From positions 1,580-65,579 of the forward strand of contig PKWB01000147.1 in the NCBI GenBank assembly GCA_003131685.1: a stretch of 64,000 bases of DNA. Reading direction: 5' to 3'. The DNA comes from Candidatus Dormiibacterota bacterium (GTDB lineage: Bacteria; Chloroflexota; Dormibacteria; Aeolococcales; Aeolococcaceae). The position numbers and the translations under genes were made by a program. The notes below the pieces were generated by a model, which ran no database searches, was not told the DNA's origin, and saw only the letters and a program-made list of their open reading frames with translations. This document shows, piece after piece, positions 31,911-42,044 of the stretch; position 1 is the stretch's first letter; the number at the start of each line of letters is the position of its first letter.

Positions 31911-34067
31911 TCATGTGATCGCGAACGCCGCCGCCATCGACCCCTGCCAGGGCGCTGACGTGATCAACCGCAGATTCGGCAGTTTGGCGACGCAATTGAC
32001 ACTCCACGGGTTCATGGGCGAAGGGATGGTGTGCGCGCCCATGAAGAGGATGCCGGCGCCCGTCAGGTCGGCCTCATGTTGAATGGCCGACGCGGCATCA
32101 GCAGGGTCGGCACACGCTTTGCTGACGGCGATGTCCAGTGGCAGGGTCAGGGCTCCGGACTCGAAGCCGTTGGGGACCATCGGGGTCAGATCCGTGAGCC
32201 CGGCCAGCCACATACCCGCATCGTTGCCGCTGTTGGTCATGACCACGGTGGAGCTCGGATATTCGTCCGTCAGCGTGTTCAACACCGTGAGGTCCGCTGG
32301 AGTGACCAGCGAGCGGGTGGCCACCGCGTGCTGGTACACGCCGAGCTCGTATGAGGCGCCGACCACCAGGCACACGATGGCGATGACGCCCAGGGCCAGC
32401 GGCGCGGCAGCGAATCGATGCCCGCCCACGCGGAATCGAGTGGCGACAAAAGCGGGAACTTCCGCGCGGTAAACGTAGAGAACCCAGGCGACCACCACCG
32501 CCGCTGCGGTGATTGCCATCGCAGGGATCCATGGGCGCAATGCCGTCAATGGATCGTAGAGGCCCAGCGGATAGGTGTAGACCGCGTACTGGCCGATGAG
32601 ATAGGTCCACAAACGGCCGAGCGAATGGCGCACCAGGACGGCGACTCCGGCGGCGAGGACGCCGGCCACGGTCGCGCCGATCTGCAACTGTCGCGTCCGC
32701 GACAGCGAGCGCATCACGCTGATGATCGCGAGGAAACCGGCGCCAAGGACGAGCGGGATCAACCAGTACTGATAGCCGAGGATGCGATCCTGCTCGGCCC
32801 ACGGAAAGATGAGCCGCCAGAGCTTCGCGAGCTTGTGCCAGTAGAAGTCGTCCACCATGAATGCGACCAGCAGCACCTGGGCCACGAGCACCCAGAGCAT
32901 TCGACGCTGGACGATCAGCGCCACGACGCCGATCAGGTACAGCGCGAACGCAACCGGACTGATGAGATCGGTCTGCGCAATCGATGCGAGGATCACATGC
33001 ACGTGTATCGGTGTGCTCGTGACCGGGATCGAGGCCGACGAGGGCTGGGTCGCGGTGGGTGGGGGAACGTGGGGCGACCGCGTCAGCAGGGTCACGACGA
33101 CGGCGCCGGCGAGCACCGCCCCCGCCGCGACGCCCACCCGGATGAGCGCGACTCGCGGATTGGCGCGCACCACCTGCACCACCGTGATCGCTAGCAGGCC
33201 ACACGCGACCACCGCGCCGGTGAACACCTCGAGACCGTGTATCACCCAGATGGATGCGGTGATGGCAAACAGCAGGAGTGCGGTGTCACGCGTGAAGACA
33301 CCCCGAAAGACTCGTAGTGCGGCAACGACGAAGGGGACGATGAGCGTCGAGTCGACGATCTCGGGAAAGCGGCCGACGATCGCCTGAAACGATGGAAAGG
33401 CAAGCCCGAGCGCGAAGAAGGGAACCACCGCTGCGAGTGCGACAGATCCGGTCCCCTCGAGCGCGAGAAGGCTGAGTGACACAGGAATCAGCACCAGCGT
33501 CACCGTGATCACCGGTCCCATCGCCATCGCGGGCGATGGGGCGCCGAGCCACGACACCACGGCGGCCGTCGCCTCGAACCCGGGGCGCACGCGCACGAAT
33601 TCGGTCCCCTCGATCGGGATCCGGATCAGCGGCAGCACATCGTGCGTTCGCGCAATCGTGTTGGCGAGCCCTCCGTGCGTCGCCGTGTCCCAGTCGGGAG
33701 GGAGCACCTGGCCATGGAGGGCCCAGAAGAAAACCGATGCCCCGATGAGACCGGCAAGGAGCGCAGGAATCGGTACCCACCAGGGAGAGGCGACGCTGAC
33801 GGCGGGGGAAGCCCGGCGCCAGCGGAGCACCGCGGCGGCCCCAAGCACCACCAGCAGCGGCAGCACGGTGGCCGGCTCGAAGGGGATGTGCGCGTCGTGC
33901 ATCGCCATCCCGGCGACGCCGATGAACCCTGCGGACATCCCCGGGGACATCGCAAGTCTCGTCCACCATCGCCACTCCGGAGCGAGCAGGGTCGCAAGGG
34001 CATAGCCAGGGAGCAGTGCCGCAATCACCACCCCGGGGAGCGATTGCGCGAAGTCTTGGAGTGACAC
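31911..34067 (-). CDS. Large polytopic membrane protein, GT-C-like candidate
   Basis: 718 aa, 13 or more hydrophobic segments, soluble C-terminal domain. Divergent from the priming phosphotransferase. No conserved motif confidently recognised. Confidence 0.45.
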   Translation of the reverse strand: MSLQDFAQSLPGVVIAALLPGYALATLLAPEWRWWTRLAMSPGMSAGFIGVAGMAMHDAHIPFEPATVLPLLVVLGAAAVLRWRRASPAVSVASPWWVPIPALLAGLIGASVFFWALHGQVLPPDWDTATHGGLANTIARTHDVLPLIRIPIEGTEFVRVRPGFEATAAVVSWLGAPSPAMAMGPVITVTLVLIPVSLSLLALEGTGSVALAAVVPFFALGLAFPSFQAIVGRFPEIVDSTLIVPFVVAALRVFRGVFTRDTALLLFAITASIWVIHGLEVFTGAVVACGLLAITVVQVVRANPRVALIRVGVAAGAVLAGAVVVTLLTRSPHVPPPTATQPSSASIPVTSTPIHVHVILASIAQTDLISPVAFALYLIGVVALIVQRRMLWVLVAQVLLVAFMVDDFYWHKLAKLWRLIFPWAEQDRILGYQYWLIPLVLGAGFLAIISVMRSLSRTRQLQIGATVAGVLAAGVAVLVRHSLGRLWTYLIGQYAVYTYPLGLYDPLTALRPWIPAMAITAAAVVVAWVLYVYRAEVPAFVATRFRVGGHRFAAAPLALGVIAIVCLVVGASYELGVYQHAVATRSLVTPADLTVLNTLTDEYPSSTVVMTNSGNDAGMWLAGLTDLTPMVPNGFESGALTLPLDIAVSKACADPADAASAIQHEADLTGAGILFMGAHTIPSPMNPWSVNCVAKLPNLRLITSAPWQGSMAAAFAIT

Positions 34068-34171
34068 GCCGGATGGAGCTTAGCGACCAATCAGCCGAGA
34101 CGCGCTCGGCAGTGAGCTTTGCCGCCAGAAAGCGCGTGCTATCCTCAGATCAATTGCTGGATCCTTGACGT

Positions 34172-34188
34172 CGCGCGCTCTGCGCGCG
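34172..34188. promoter_or_regulatory. Perfect GC-only palindrome CGCGCGC-TCT-GCGCGCG in a divergent promoter region, adjacent to a TTGACG box
   Basis: Seen directly. Lies between divergent genes 31911..34067(-) and 34270..35877(+). Confidence 0.3.
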
Positions 34189-34269
34189 CCATCGTCCTCG
34201 GCCGCGAGGAGCCCCTGGGGAGGCTCCAAGCCTGGGGGCGTTAGGCGAGAGCCCTCATAATCAGATCGA

Positions 34270-35877
34270 TTGGGCTCCCGTTCCAGAGATCTTGAAGCGT
34301 CCCCGGAGGGTTCCATGGCAAGCCGGCGAGCGAGTGGCACTGGGCGGGGGGATCGCGTCACGGTCGAGCTTGACGGTGCGCCAGAGCCCCATGTTGATCG
34401 CCCCAAGCACGTTCAGCTGGTCGGCCAGCCCGGCGTAGCGCCGTCCGCCTTCTGGCCGACGAGTGTCTACCCTCGCATCGAATCCCGTTCGCAGCGCGTC
34501 TCCGTCCGGCGGTGGATCGCCCTCCTGGTCGTCCTCGATGCGGTGATCGCCACCCTCGCGGTGGCGGTTGCGACGCTCGCCATCTTCGGAGCCTCGCCCG
34601 AGAGGTTGAACGACCGGCTGCCATACGCGGCGATCGCAGCCACCTTCCCGGCGCTCTGGGTTGCCGCGATGCTGCTGAGCGGCTCGTACGCCCGTCGCTA
34701 CCTGGCTGCCGGGCCCGAGCAATACCGGCGCGTCTGCAATGCGTCGATCTGGATCCTCGCGCTCATCGGCTTCACGTCATACGTGCTTCGCGCCGACTTC
34801 TCGCGCGGCCTGGTGCTGATCACGATTCCGACCGCCGCGCTGCTGACGCTGCTGGCCCGCTGGGCCGCGCGCAAGGCGTTGCGCAGTCGATTCGGAGATG
34901 GCGTCGCGATCCACCGCATCGTGGAAGTCGGACCGGGCAAGGGAGCGGAGCAGCTTCGCAATTACATCGATCGAAATACGCATACCGGCTTCTCGGTGGT
35001 GGGTGTCGTCGCGACCGACGCGCTTGCCGAGGACGAACCCATCGATGTCGACGAGATCGTCAACGAGGTGAGGCGTCTCGACGCCGACACGATCGCCTTT
35101 GTCGGAACGACCCATTCGACGGGCGGCGAGCTGCGGCGAATGTCATGGGCGCTCCAGGGCTCGGGTATCCGGTTGCTGGTGGTCCCGGATCTTGCCGACA
35201 TCGCCGGCCCCCGCATCGTGATGCACCCGGTCGATGGCCTGCCACTGCTCGAGATCTGCGAGCCGGAGCTGAGCGGACCCGCTCGGGTCGTGAAATCCGG
35301 GTTCGATCGCGTCGCGTCGCTCTTCCTGATCATCGTCCTGAGCCCGGTGCTTGCGGCGATCGCGGTGGCCGTCAAGCTCAACGACGGCGGGCCGGTGTTC
35401 TTCCGGCAGCGCCGAATTGGCAAGGAAGGACGCGCGTTCAACATCTGGAAGTTCCGCAGCATGCGCGTCGGCGCGGGTGCGCTCCTGCAACCGGTTGAGA
35501 CCACCACCGGCGAAGGGCAGATGCTCGTGAAGACGCCGTCAGACGATCGGGTCACCTCGGTCGGTCGGTTCCTCCGCAGATATTCACTGGACGAGCTGCC
35601 CCAGCTGTTCAACGTGCTGATCGGGACCATGTCGCTGGTCGGCCCGCGGCCGCTGGTCCAGGACGAGGTCGACAGCTTCGGCCACGGCGCCCATGCCCGG
35701 CTGCTGGTGACGCCCGGGATGACCGGGCTCTGGCAGGTCCGCGGGCGCTCCGAGCTCCCCTGGGAGCAGCGCGTGCATCTCGATCTCTACTACGTCGAGA
35801 ACTGGTCGATCTGGCTGGACATCTCGCTCCTGTGGAGCACCCTTCGCGCGATCGCGCACTCCAACGGAGCGTACTGA
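34270..35877 (+). CDS. Polyprenyl glycosylphosphotransferase (WbaP/CpsE-like priming sugar transferase)
   Basis: N-terminal TM bundle plus the bacterial sugar-transferase C-domain (PVFFRQRRIGKEGRAFNIWKFRSM...DELPQLFNVLIGTMSLVGPRP). Confidence 0.85.
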   Translation: MGSRSRDLEASPEGSMASRRASGTGRGDRVTVELDGAPEPHVDRPKHVQLVGQPGVAPSAFWPTSVYPRIESRSQRVSVRRWIALLVVLDAVIATLAVAVATLAIFGASPERLNDRLPYAAIAATFPALWVAAMLLSGSYARRYLAAGPEQYRRVCNASIWILALIGFTSYVLRADFSRGLVLITIPTAALLTLLARWAARKALRSRFGDGVAIHRIVEVGPGKGAEQLRNYIDRNTHTGFSVVGVVATDALAEDEPIDVDEIVNEVRRLDADTIAFVGTTHSTGGELRRMSWALQGSGIRLLVVPDLADIAGPRIVMHPVDGLPLLEICEPELSGPARVVKSGFDRVASLFLIIVLSPVLAAIAVAVKLNDGGPVFFRQRRIGKEGRAFNIWKFRSMRVGAGALLQPVETTTGEGQMLVKTPSDDRVTSVGRFLRRYSLDELPQLFNVLIGTMSLVGPRPLVQDEVDSFGHGAHARLLVTPGMTGLWQVRGRSELPWEQRVHLDLYYVENWSIWLDISLLWSTLRAIAHSNGAY

Positions 35878-35919
35878 GGTAGCGACGCCACGCGGGCGCT
35901 CGCTCGCCCCGCTCTCCGT

Positions 35920-37251
35920 ATGATTGCGCCCGTTGTGGAACTGACCGGCGAGGGGCGGCGACTCGTCGAGCGGATCGGGGATCGCAGCGCTCGGATCGGG
36001 ATCGTCGGGCTCGGATACGTCGGTCTCCCAACGGCGGTCGCGTACGCCGACGCCGGCTTCACGGTGGTGGGGGTCGACACCAACGCCGAGCGATGCGCGG
36101 CGATCATGGCGGGCGAGAGCTACATCGAGGATGTGCCCTCGAGCGACGTGGCACGGGCGCGGCTCGATGACCGGCTGACCTCGGTCACCTCGCTGGCAGC
36201 GGCCGGCGACCTCGATGTCGTCGACATCTGCGTGCACACCCCGCTCGGCGACACGCGCGAACCCGACACGTCGGCCATCGAGGCGGTGGGCGAGGCGCTG
36301 ATCGCGTGCCAGCGTCCTGGTCAGCTGATCGTGCTCACCAGCACGAGCTACCCGGGAACCACGGAGGATGTCCTCCGCCCCATCCTCGAACGCTCGGGAC
36401 TGGTGACCGGCGTGGACGTCTTTCTCGCCTTCGCCCCCGAGCGGATCGATCCCGGGAACAGGCGGTTCACGCTGCGCACGACGCCGAAGGTCGTGGGTGG
36501 CGTCGACGATGCTTCGACCGAGGTTGCGCGACAGGCGCTCCTGACCATCGTCGACGTCGTGACCCCGGTGCGTGATGCAACCACCGCTGAAATGGTCAAG
36601 GTCCTCGAGAACACCTTTCGCATGATCAACATCGGCTTTGCCAACGAGGTCGCGCAGATGTGCCGCCGCCTCGGAGTGGATGTCTGGGAGGTCATCGAGA
36701 GCGCCGCCACCAAACCGTACGGATTCATGCCGTTCTATCCGGGTCCCGGCGTTGGGGGGCACTGCATCCCGGTTGATCCCTCATATCTGCAATGGAAGAT
36801 GCGCAACCTCGACTTCCGCACCCGGTTCATCGACCTCGGTAACGACGTGAACCGGGGGATGCCGGATTACGTCGTGCAACGAGCCGACGATGTCCTCAAT
36901 GACATCGGGCGCAGCATGCGTGGCTCGCGCATTCTCCTGGTCGGGGTTGCGTACAAACCCAACATCGGTGACGTTCGCGAGTCGCCGGCGATCGAGGTGG
37001 CCGATCGGTTGCTTAGTCGCGGCGCGCTCGTCCGATACGTCGATCCCCACGTTGCGTCGCTCTCCACCCATGGTGGCGTGAGCCTTCGGGGGGTGGAGCT
37101 CACCGCCGCCGAGCTCGAGGCGAGTGAGCTCGTGGTCATCACCACGGCACACGATGCGATCGACTGGGCACTGATTCGAGAACGCGCCCCGCTCGTGCTC
37201 GACACGCGCGGCGTGCGCGGTCAGGGTCGCGCGGGCTGGCATACGCTGTAG
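35920..37251 (+). CDS. Nucleotide-sugar dehydrogenase (UDP-GlcNAc/ManNAc 6-dehydrogenase, WecC/WbpA-like family)
   Basis: Rossmann IGIVGLGYVGLPTAVAYA and the catalytic Cys region (GGHCIPVDP) of the UDP-glucose/GDP-mannose dehydrogenase family. Confidence 0.85.
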   Translation: MIAPVVELTGEGRRLVERIGDRSARIGIVGLGYVGLPTAVAYADAGFTVVGVDTNAERCAAIMAGESYIEDVPSSDVARARLDDRLTSVTSLAAAGDLDVVDICVHTPLGDTREPDTSAIEAVGEALIACQRPGQLIVLTSTSYPGTTEDVLRPILERSGLVTGVDVFLAFAPERIDPGNRRFTLRTTPKVVGGVDDASTEVARQALLTIVDVVTPVRDATTAEMVKVLENTFRMINIGFANEVAQMCRRLGVDVWEVIESAATKPYGFMPFYPGPGVGGHCIPVDPSYLQWKMRNLDFRTRFIDLGNDVNRGMPDYVVQRADDVLNDIGRSMRGSRILLVGVAYKPNIGDVRESPAIEVADRLLSRGALVRYVDPHVASLSTHGGVSLRGVELTAAELEASELVVITTAHDAIDWALIRERAPLVLDTRGVRGQGRAGWHTL

Positions 37252-37253
37252 CG

Positions 37254-38228
37254 TCAGTCGGGAGCGGTCTGCCCCCAGGATTCGAGTGTTCGCCGGATTC
37301 CCTCATCGAGGCCGACATGCGCGGTCCAGCCGAGCCGTTCGGCCGCGCGAGCCGCCGACGGGACACGCCGGCGAGTGTCCTCGAAGCCGGCACCGAAGTG
37401 CTGCTCGTAGCTCTCGTGAACGATCGTGGAGCTGCTGCCGCTCGCCTCGATGACCTTGCGTGCGAGGTCGGCGATGGTCATCTCGGTCGTCGCATCGCCG
37501 ATGTTGAACACCTGCCCCTCGGCGGGCTGGGTCTCCATCGCGAGCACGGTGCCGTCGATGCAGTCGTCGATGTAGGTGAAGCAGCGCGACTGGAGGCCGT
37601 CGCCATACACGGTCACGGGGTCGCCGGCGAGCGCCTGACGGACAAAGGTGGCCATCACGCTGCCGTAGCCCTTGGGATCCATGCGCGGTCCATAGATGTT
37701 GAAATAGCGGACGATCACTCCGCGCAGCCCGTGTGCCGCATGCGCGAGGAGGAGATGCTCATCGAGCGCCTTCGCAGTGGCGTACGACCAGCGCTGGATG
37801 ACGGTCGACCCGAGGATGCGATCATCGTCCTCGTGCATCGGAACCCGGCCGCCGCGTCCGTAGACCTCGCTCGAGCTGCTGATCAGCACCTTGCGTTCGT
37901 GACGCGCACACGCGGCGAGAATATTCTCGGTACCGCGACTGTTGACCTGGAGCGATCCGAGGGGGTTGGCGATGATGTGTGCGACCCCGACCGCCGCAGC
38001 GAGATGGAACACTCGATCACAGTCGCCCACAAGGGTTTCGACCAGCGCATCGTCGAGGATGGTGCCTTCGACGATGCGAACCTTGCCACTGTCTGCGTGC
38101 CGCCCGATGTTGTCGCGGCGCCCGGTGGAGAAGTCGTCGAGAGCGATCACCGCGTCGCCATGCTCGACCAGGCGATCGACAAGATGGCTGCCGATGAAAC
38201 CGGCGCCGCCCGTCACCAACGTCCTCAC
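37254..38228 (-). CDS. NAD-dependent nucleotide-sugar epimerase/dehydratase (extended SDR)
   Basis: [20 protein letters not shown] Rossmann motif and the catalytic YATAK (YxxxK). Confidence 0.85.
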   Translation of the reverse strand: MRTLVTGGAGFIGSHLVDRLVEHGDAVIALDDFSTGRRDNIGRHADSGKVRIVEGTILDDALVETLVGDCDRVFHLAAAVGVAHIIANPLGSLQVNSRGTENILAACARHERKVLISSSSEVYGRGGRVPMHEDDDRILGSTVIQRWSYATAKALDEHLLLAHAAHGLRGVIVRYFNIYGPRMDPKGYGSVMATFVRQALAGDPVTVYGDGLQSRCFTYIDDCIDGTVLAMETQPAEGQVFNIGDATTEMTIADLARKVIEASGSSSTIVHESYEQHFGAGFEDTRRRVPSAARAAERLGWTAHVGLDEGIRRTLESWGQTAPD

Positions 38229-38251
38229 GTGATGGCACCATAGCAGCCCCG

Positions 38252-39289
38252 ATGGGCCATCCCGACTCCAGCGCGCTGCCGTTCGTCAGTGTCGTCATCC
38301 CCGTGTTCAACGAGGAGCGATATATCGAGGCGTGCCTTGCCTCCGTGCTCGATCAGGACTACCCCGAGGATCGCTACGAGGTGATCATCGCCGACGGGGG
38401 ATCGACGGATCGCACCCGTGAGATCGTTGACTCAACGGCGGTGTTGCACCCGATGGTGCGCTTGATCGACAACCCGGGGCGGACGCAAGCGCACGGCCTC
38501 AATCTCGCCATCCTCGCGAGCCGCGGCGAGTTCATCGCTCGGCAGGACGGGCACGCGGAATGGTCGCCGCATCACCTCCGCCGCTCCATAGAGCTGCTCA
38601 TCCAAACCGGTGCGGACAACGTCGGCGGCCGTGCGGACGGCGAGGGAGCGGGTGTCACCGGACGCGCGATCGCACGCGCCATGCGATCCCCGTTCGGCGT
38701 GGGCGGGGCACGCTATCGGTATTCGAACCGGCTCGAGGAGTTGCCGACGGTCTTTCCCGGCACCTTCCGCAGGACGGCCTTTGAGCGCGTCGGCCTCTAC
38801 GACGAGGCCTACCCGCCGCATGAGGACTACGAGCTGAACCACCGGATCCGACAGACCGGGGGCCGCGTGCTCTTCAGCCCCGATGTCCCCACCAGGTACT
38901 GGGTGCGCGAATCCATTCCCGCTCTGGCTCGCCAGTACTTCCGCTACGGGCGCGCGAAGGTTCGGGTTGCCCGGGCGAGCCTGGGGGTGATCCATCCGTA
39001 TCATCTGGCCGCGCCAGCACTCGTGGCAGCCCTCCCGGTGGCTGCGGCGCTCGGGTTCACGAGGCGGGGACGGCGTGCCGTTGCAGCCGGCGCCGCCGTG
39101 TACGCGGTGGCGTGTGTTGCGGCCGGTATACAGGCCGGGGCGGGCGAGACGCCCTCGGTCCGGGTGCGAATCCCCGCGATCTTCCCGGTGCTGCACATCG
39201 CCTGGGGAACGGGGTTCTGGGTTGGCGTGGTTGAGGCCGCGTTACGGATTGATATCGGGGGTGGCTCTCCGCCGGTCCTGCCGTCCTAG
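38252..39289 (+). CDS. GT2-family glycosyltransferase with a C-terminal membrane anchor
   Basis: VSVVIPVFNEERYIEACLASVLDQDY...YEVIIADGGSTD (GT-A DxD-type). Hydrophobic C-terminus. Confidence 0.8.
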   Translation: MGHPDSSALPFVSVVIPVFNEERYIEACLASVLDQDYPEDRYEVIIADGGSTDRTREIVDSTAVLHPMVRLIDNPGRTQAHGLNLAILASRGEFIARQDGHAEWSPHHLRRSIELLIQTGADNVGGRADGEGAGVTGRAIARAMRSPFGVGGARYRYSNRLEELPTVFPGTFRRTAFERVGLYDEAYPPHEDYELNHRIRQTGGRVLFSPDVPTRYWVRESIPALARQYFRYGRAKVRVARASLGVIHPYHLAAPALVAALPVAAALGFTRRGRRAVAAGAAVYAVACVAAGIQAGAGETPSVRVRIPAIFPVLHIAWGTGFWVGVVEAALRIDIGGGSPPVLPS

Positions 39290-39348
39290 CCGGGCTACAC
39301 TCGGGCGGCTTTGAGATCGGATCAAAGACGCAGCAAGCCCAAGAAGGC

Positions 39349-40137
39349 GTGGCGATGACAGGCGGAACCACCGCTCGAACTCTCAGTTCCGTGCGCGTTC
39401 GGCGTTTGATCATCGAGCAGTCGAAGCGTGCCCATGTGGGACACATCGGCTCCGCACTCTCGGTCGCGGATATTCTGGTTGCGCTGTTCTCCGGAACGGT
39501 CGATCCCGAGGTGGATGTCTTCATCCTGTCAAAGGGTCATGCTGCCCTGGCGCAGTACTGCGTGCTCGCCGAGCTTGGTTTGATCACGCACGAGATGCTC
39601 GACACGTACTGCGGGGACGACACTCAGCTCGGCGTCCACCCCGATCACACGTTGGCCGGCATCACGTTCTCCACCGGCTCGCTCGGTCATGGACCATCAC
39701 TCGGTGCCGGCGTGGCGCTCGCGAAGCGCATCGCGGGCCGGCCTGGAAGAGTGTTCGTGCTGATGAGCGATGCCGAGCTCAACGAGGGGTCGGTGTGGGA
39801 GGCGGTGATGTTCGCCGGGCATCACAGGCTCGACAACCTCACGGTGATACTCGACAACAACGGGCAGCAGGCGCTGGCGCCGACCGCTGAGGTGATCAAC
39901 CTCGCTGGTGTTGATCAACTCGTGCAAACGCTTGGATGGGAGAGCAGGCGCGTCGATGGGCACAACGTTGACGCGCTGACCATCGCCTTCGAGGCTCGCG
40001 CACCAGGAAGGCCACTCTTCATGATTGCGGACACGGTTGCCGGCAAGGGTGTGAGCTTCATGGAACGCCAGGTCAAGTGGCACTACCTGCCGGTGGACGA
40101 CGCGCAATTCGCCCTGGCGTTGAGTGAGATCGGGTGA
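39349..40137 (+). CDS. Transketolase, N-terminal (TPP-binding) subunit of a split transketolase
   Basis: GHIGSALSVADILVALF...SKGHAALAQY...GSLGHG and the TPP-binding GDG-like region. 262 aa. Confidence 0.85.
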   Translation: MAMTGGTTARTLSSVRVRRLIIEQSKRAHVGHIGSALSVADILVALFSGTVDPEVDVFILSKGHAALAQYCVLAELGLITHEMLDTYCGDDTQLGVHPDHTLAGITFSTGSLGHGPSLGAGVALAKRIAGRPGRVFVLMSDAELNEGSVWEAVMFAGHHRLDNLTVILDNNGQQALAPTAEVINLAGVDQLVQTLGWESRRVDGHNVDALTIAFEARAPGRPLFMIADTVAGKGVSFMERQVKWHYLPVDDAQFALALSEIG

Positions 40138-41054
40138 GAAAGCAATTCGTTTCCACGCTGATCGACATCGCCAACCACGACGATCGCGTCGTCCTGCTCA
40201 CCGCCGACCTGGGGTTCATGGTGCTCGAGCCCTTTGCCGAACATCACCCGGATCGCTTCTTCAACGTCGGTGTCGCCGAGGCAAACATGATGTCGCTTGC
40301 CGCGGGCATGGCGCATGAAGGCCTGATCCCGTTCTGCTATTCAATCGCAACCTTTGCGTCGATGCGTGGCTACGAGCAGTTCAGGAACGGGGCTGTCCTG
40401 CATCAGCTCCCGGTGCGCATCGTCGGGATCGGTGGTGGCTTCGCGTACGGCACTGCGGGGCCGACCCACCATGCGCTCGAGGACATCGCGCTGATGCGGG
40501 TGCAGCCGGGTGTCGGCATCGTCGCACCGGCTGATGACGGCCAGGTGGACCGCGCCTTGCGCGATCACTACGCGCGACCGCAGCCGATGTATCTGCGCCT
40601 GGCGAAGGAGACAGCCAGTCACCCGGAGCTTGCCGGCCGTTTTCACTGGGGTCGCCTCGAGGTCATCGGTGACGGTGATATCGCGATTGTCGCCATCGGC
40701 TCGATGACCGGCGTCGCGCTCGAAGTTCGGCGACGGCTTCAGGCCGAGGGCATCCAGACGGCGGTCGCCGTGGCCGCTTCGATCGCCCCGGCTCCGACCG
40801 ACGATCTCGTCGCGCTCCTGGCCTCGAAGAGCGCATGCATCACCATCGAGGACCACCGCCCGATTGGCGGACTCGGATCGTTGGTGGCCGAGACGATCGC
40901 CGGCCACGGCCTGGGCGTGCGCCTGATCCGGTCCGGGGTTACCGACCCGGTCGGCGAGACCACCGGTTCCGAAGCATTTCTGCGCCGCCGAAACGGCCTC
41001 GATGTTGATGGGCTCATGGCCGCAGTACGGAGGGTCGCTCTTGTCCCCGCCTGA
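40134..41054 (+). CDS. Transketolase, C-terminal (pyrimidine-binding) subunit of a split transketolase
   Basis: 306-aa Pyr/TK-C domains. Start overlaps the N-subunit stop (translational coupling). Confidence 0.85.
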   Translation: MRKQFVSTLIDIANHDDRVVLLTADLGFMVLEPFAEHHPDRFFNVGVAEANMMSLAAGMAHEGLIPFCYSIATFASMRGYEQFRNGAVLHQLPVRIVGIGGGFAYGTAGPTHHALEDIALMRVQPGVGIVAPADDGQVDRALRDHYARPQPMYLRLAKETASHPELAGRFHWGRLEVIGDGDIAIVAIGSMTGVALEVRRRLQAEGIQTAVAVAASIAPAPTDDLVALLASKSACITIEDHRPIGGLGSLVAETIAGHGLGVRLIRSGVTDPVGETTGSEAFLRRRNGLDVDGLMAAVRRVALVPA

Positions 41055-41106
41055 AACTGGCGCCGTCGCGCGCGTGGGGACCAGCACCCCGACCCACGGT
41101 TCGCCG

Positions 41107-42042
41107 ATGCCCATAGCTGAGGAGGACGGCCCAGCCACCCTGTCATTCCAGGCGACGCAGTGCGCCATCTGCGGCCCAGGCATACCTGCGAAGGAGCTGT
41201 ATCCGGCCAATTTCGGCGTCGATGACATCACGCCTGCTCGCTTCTCGGCGCGCCGGCTGCCCGATCGCGTCCACTACCGGATGGTGCGCTGCCTGAGCTG
41301 CGGATTGGTGCGCTCGGACCCGGTGCTCGACGAGGCGACACTCGCTCACCTCTACGCGGAGAGCACGTTCGACTACGAGGCGGAAACCGCCAATCTCAAG
41401 GCCACCTATGGCAGATATCTCGCCAAGCTCCGTGCGTTCAGCAACCATCAGGACTCACTGCTCGAGATCGGATGCGGCGACGGCTTCTTTCTCGAGCAGG
41501 CCTTGACACAGGGATACAGCAAGGTTCGCGGCGTCGAGCCCAGCGAAGCGGCGATCCGGGACGCGTCGCCGGCGATTCGGGATCAGATCATGTGCGACGT
41601 CATGCGGCCGGGGCTCTTCGCTGATGGTGAATTCGACGCCGTCTGCCTCTTCCAGGTGTTCGATCACGTGCCGCATCCCGAGGTCGTGCTGGATGCATGC
41701 CGTGCCGCGCTGCGCCCCGGCGGGTTGATCCTGTGCCTCAACCACAATGTCGAATCCGTCTCGTCGCACATCATGCAAGAGCGCAGTCCCATCATCGACA
41801 TCGAGCACACGTATCTCTATGGTCCAGCGACCATGCGCCGCATCTTCGAGGCCGGGGGCTTCAAGGTCTTGAAGCAGGGCCACGTCAACAACACGTACAG
41901 CGTCGGATACATCACGCACCTGGTCCCGATGCCGGCTCGGGTCAAGGGGATGGCGCTGGGCACGCTGAGGCGGAGCCGCCTAGGCGGGCTCACCGTCCCT
42001 GTTCCGCTCGGCAACCTCTATCTGATCGCGTCGCGCTCGTAA
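41107..42042 (+). CDS. Class I SAM-dependent methyltransferase with an N-terminal Cys4 zinc-ribbon
   Basis: CAICG...CLSCG ribbon, then motif I LLEIGCGDGFF and motif II/post-I (AVCLFQVFDHV). Confidence 0.75.
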   Translation: MPIAEEDGPATLSFQATQCAICGPGIPAKELYPANFGVDDITPARFSARRLPDRVHYRMVRCLSCGLVRSDPVLDEATLAHLYAESTFDYEAETANLKATYGRYLAKLRAFSNHQDSLLEIGCGDGFFLEQALTQGYSKVRGVEPSEAAIRDASPAIRDQIMCDVMRPGLFADGEFDAVCLFQVFDHVPHPEVVLDACRAALRPGGLILCLNHNVESVSSHIMQERSPIIDIEHTYLYGPATMRRIFEAGGFKVLKQGHVNNTYSVGYITHLVPMPARVKGMALGTLRRSRLGGLTVPVPLGNLYLIASRS

Positions 42043-42044
42043 CC

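Noticed and set aside
35584-36762. 392-aa minus-strand ORF antisense to the nucleotide-sugar dehydrogenase
   Set aside because: Shadow ORF. The plus-strand gene has Rossmann and catalytic motifs.
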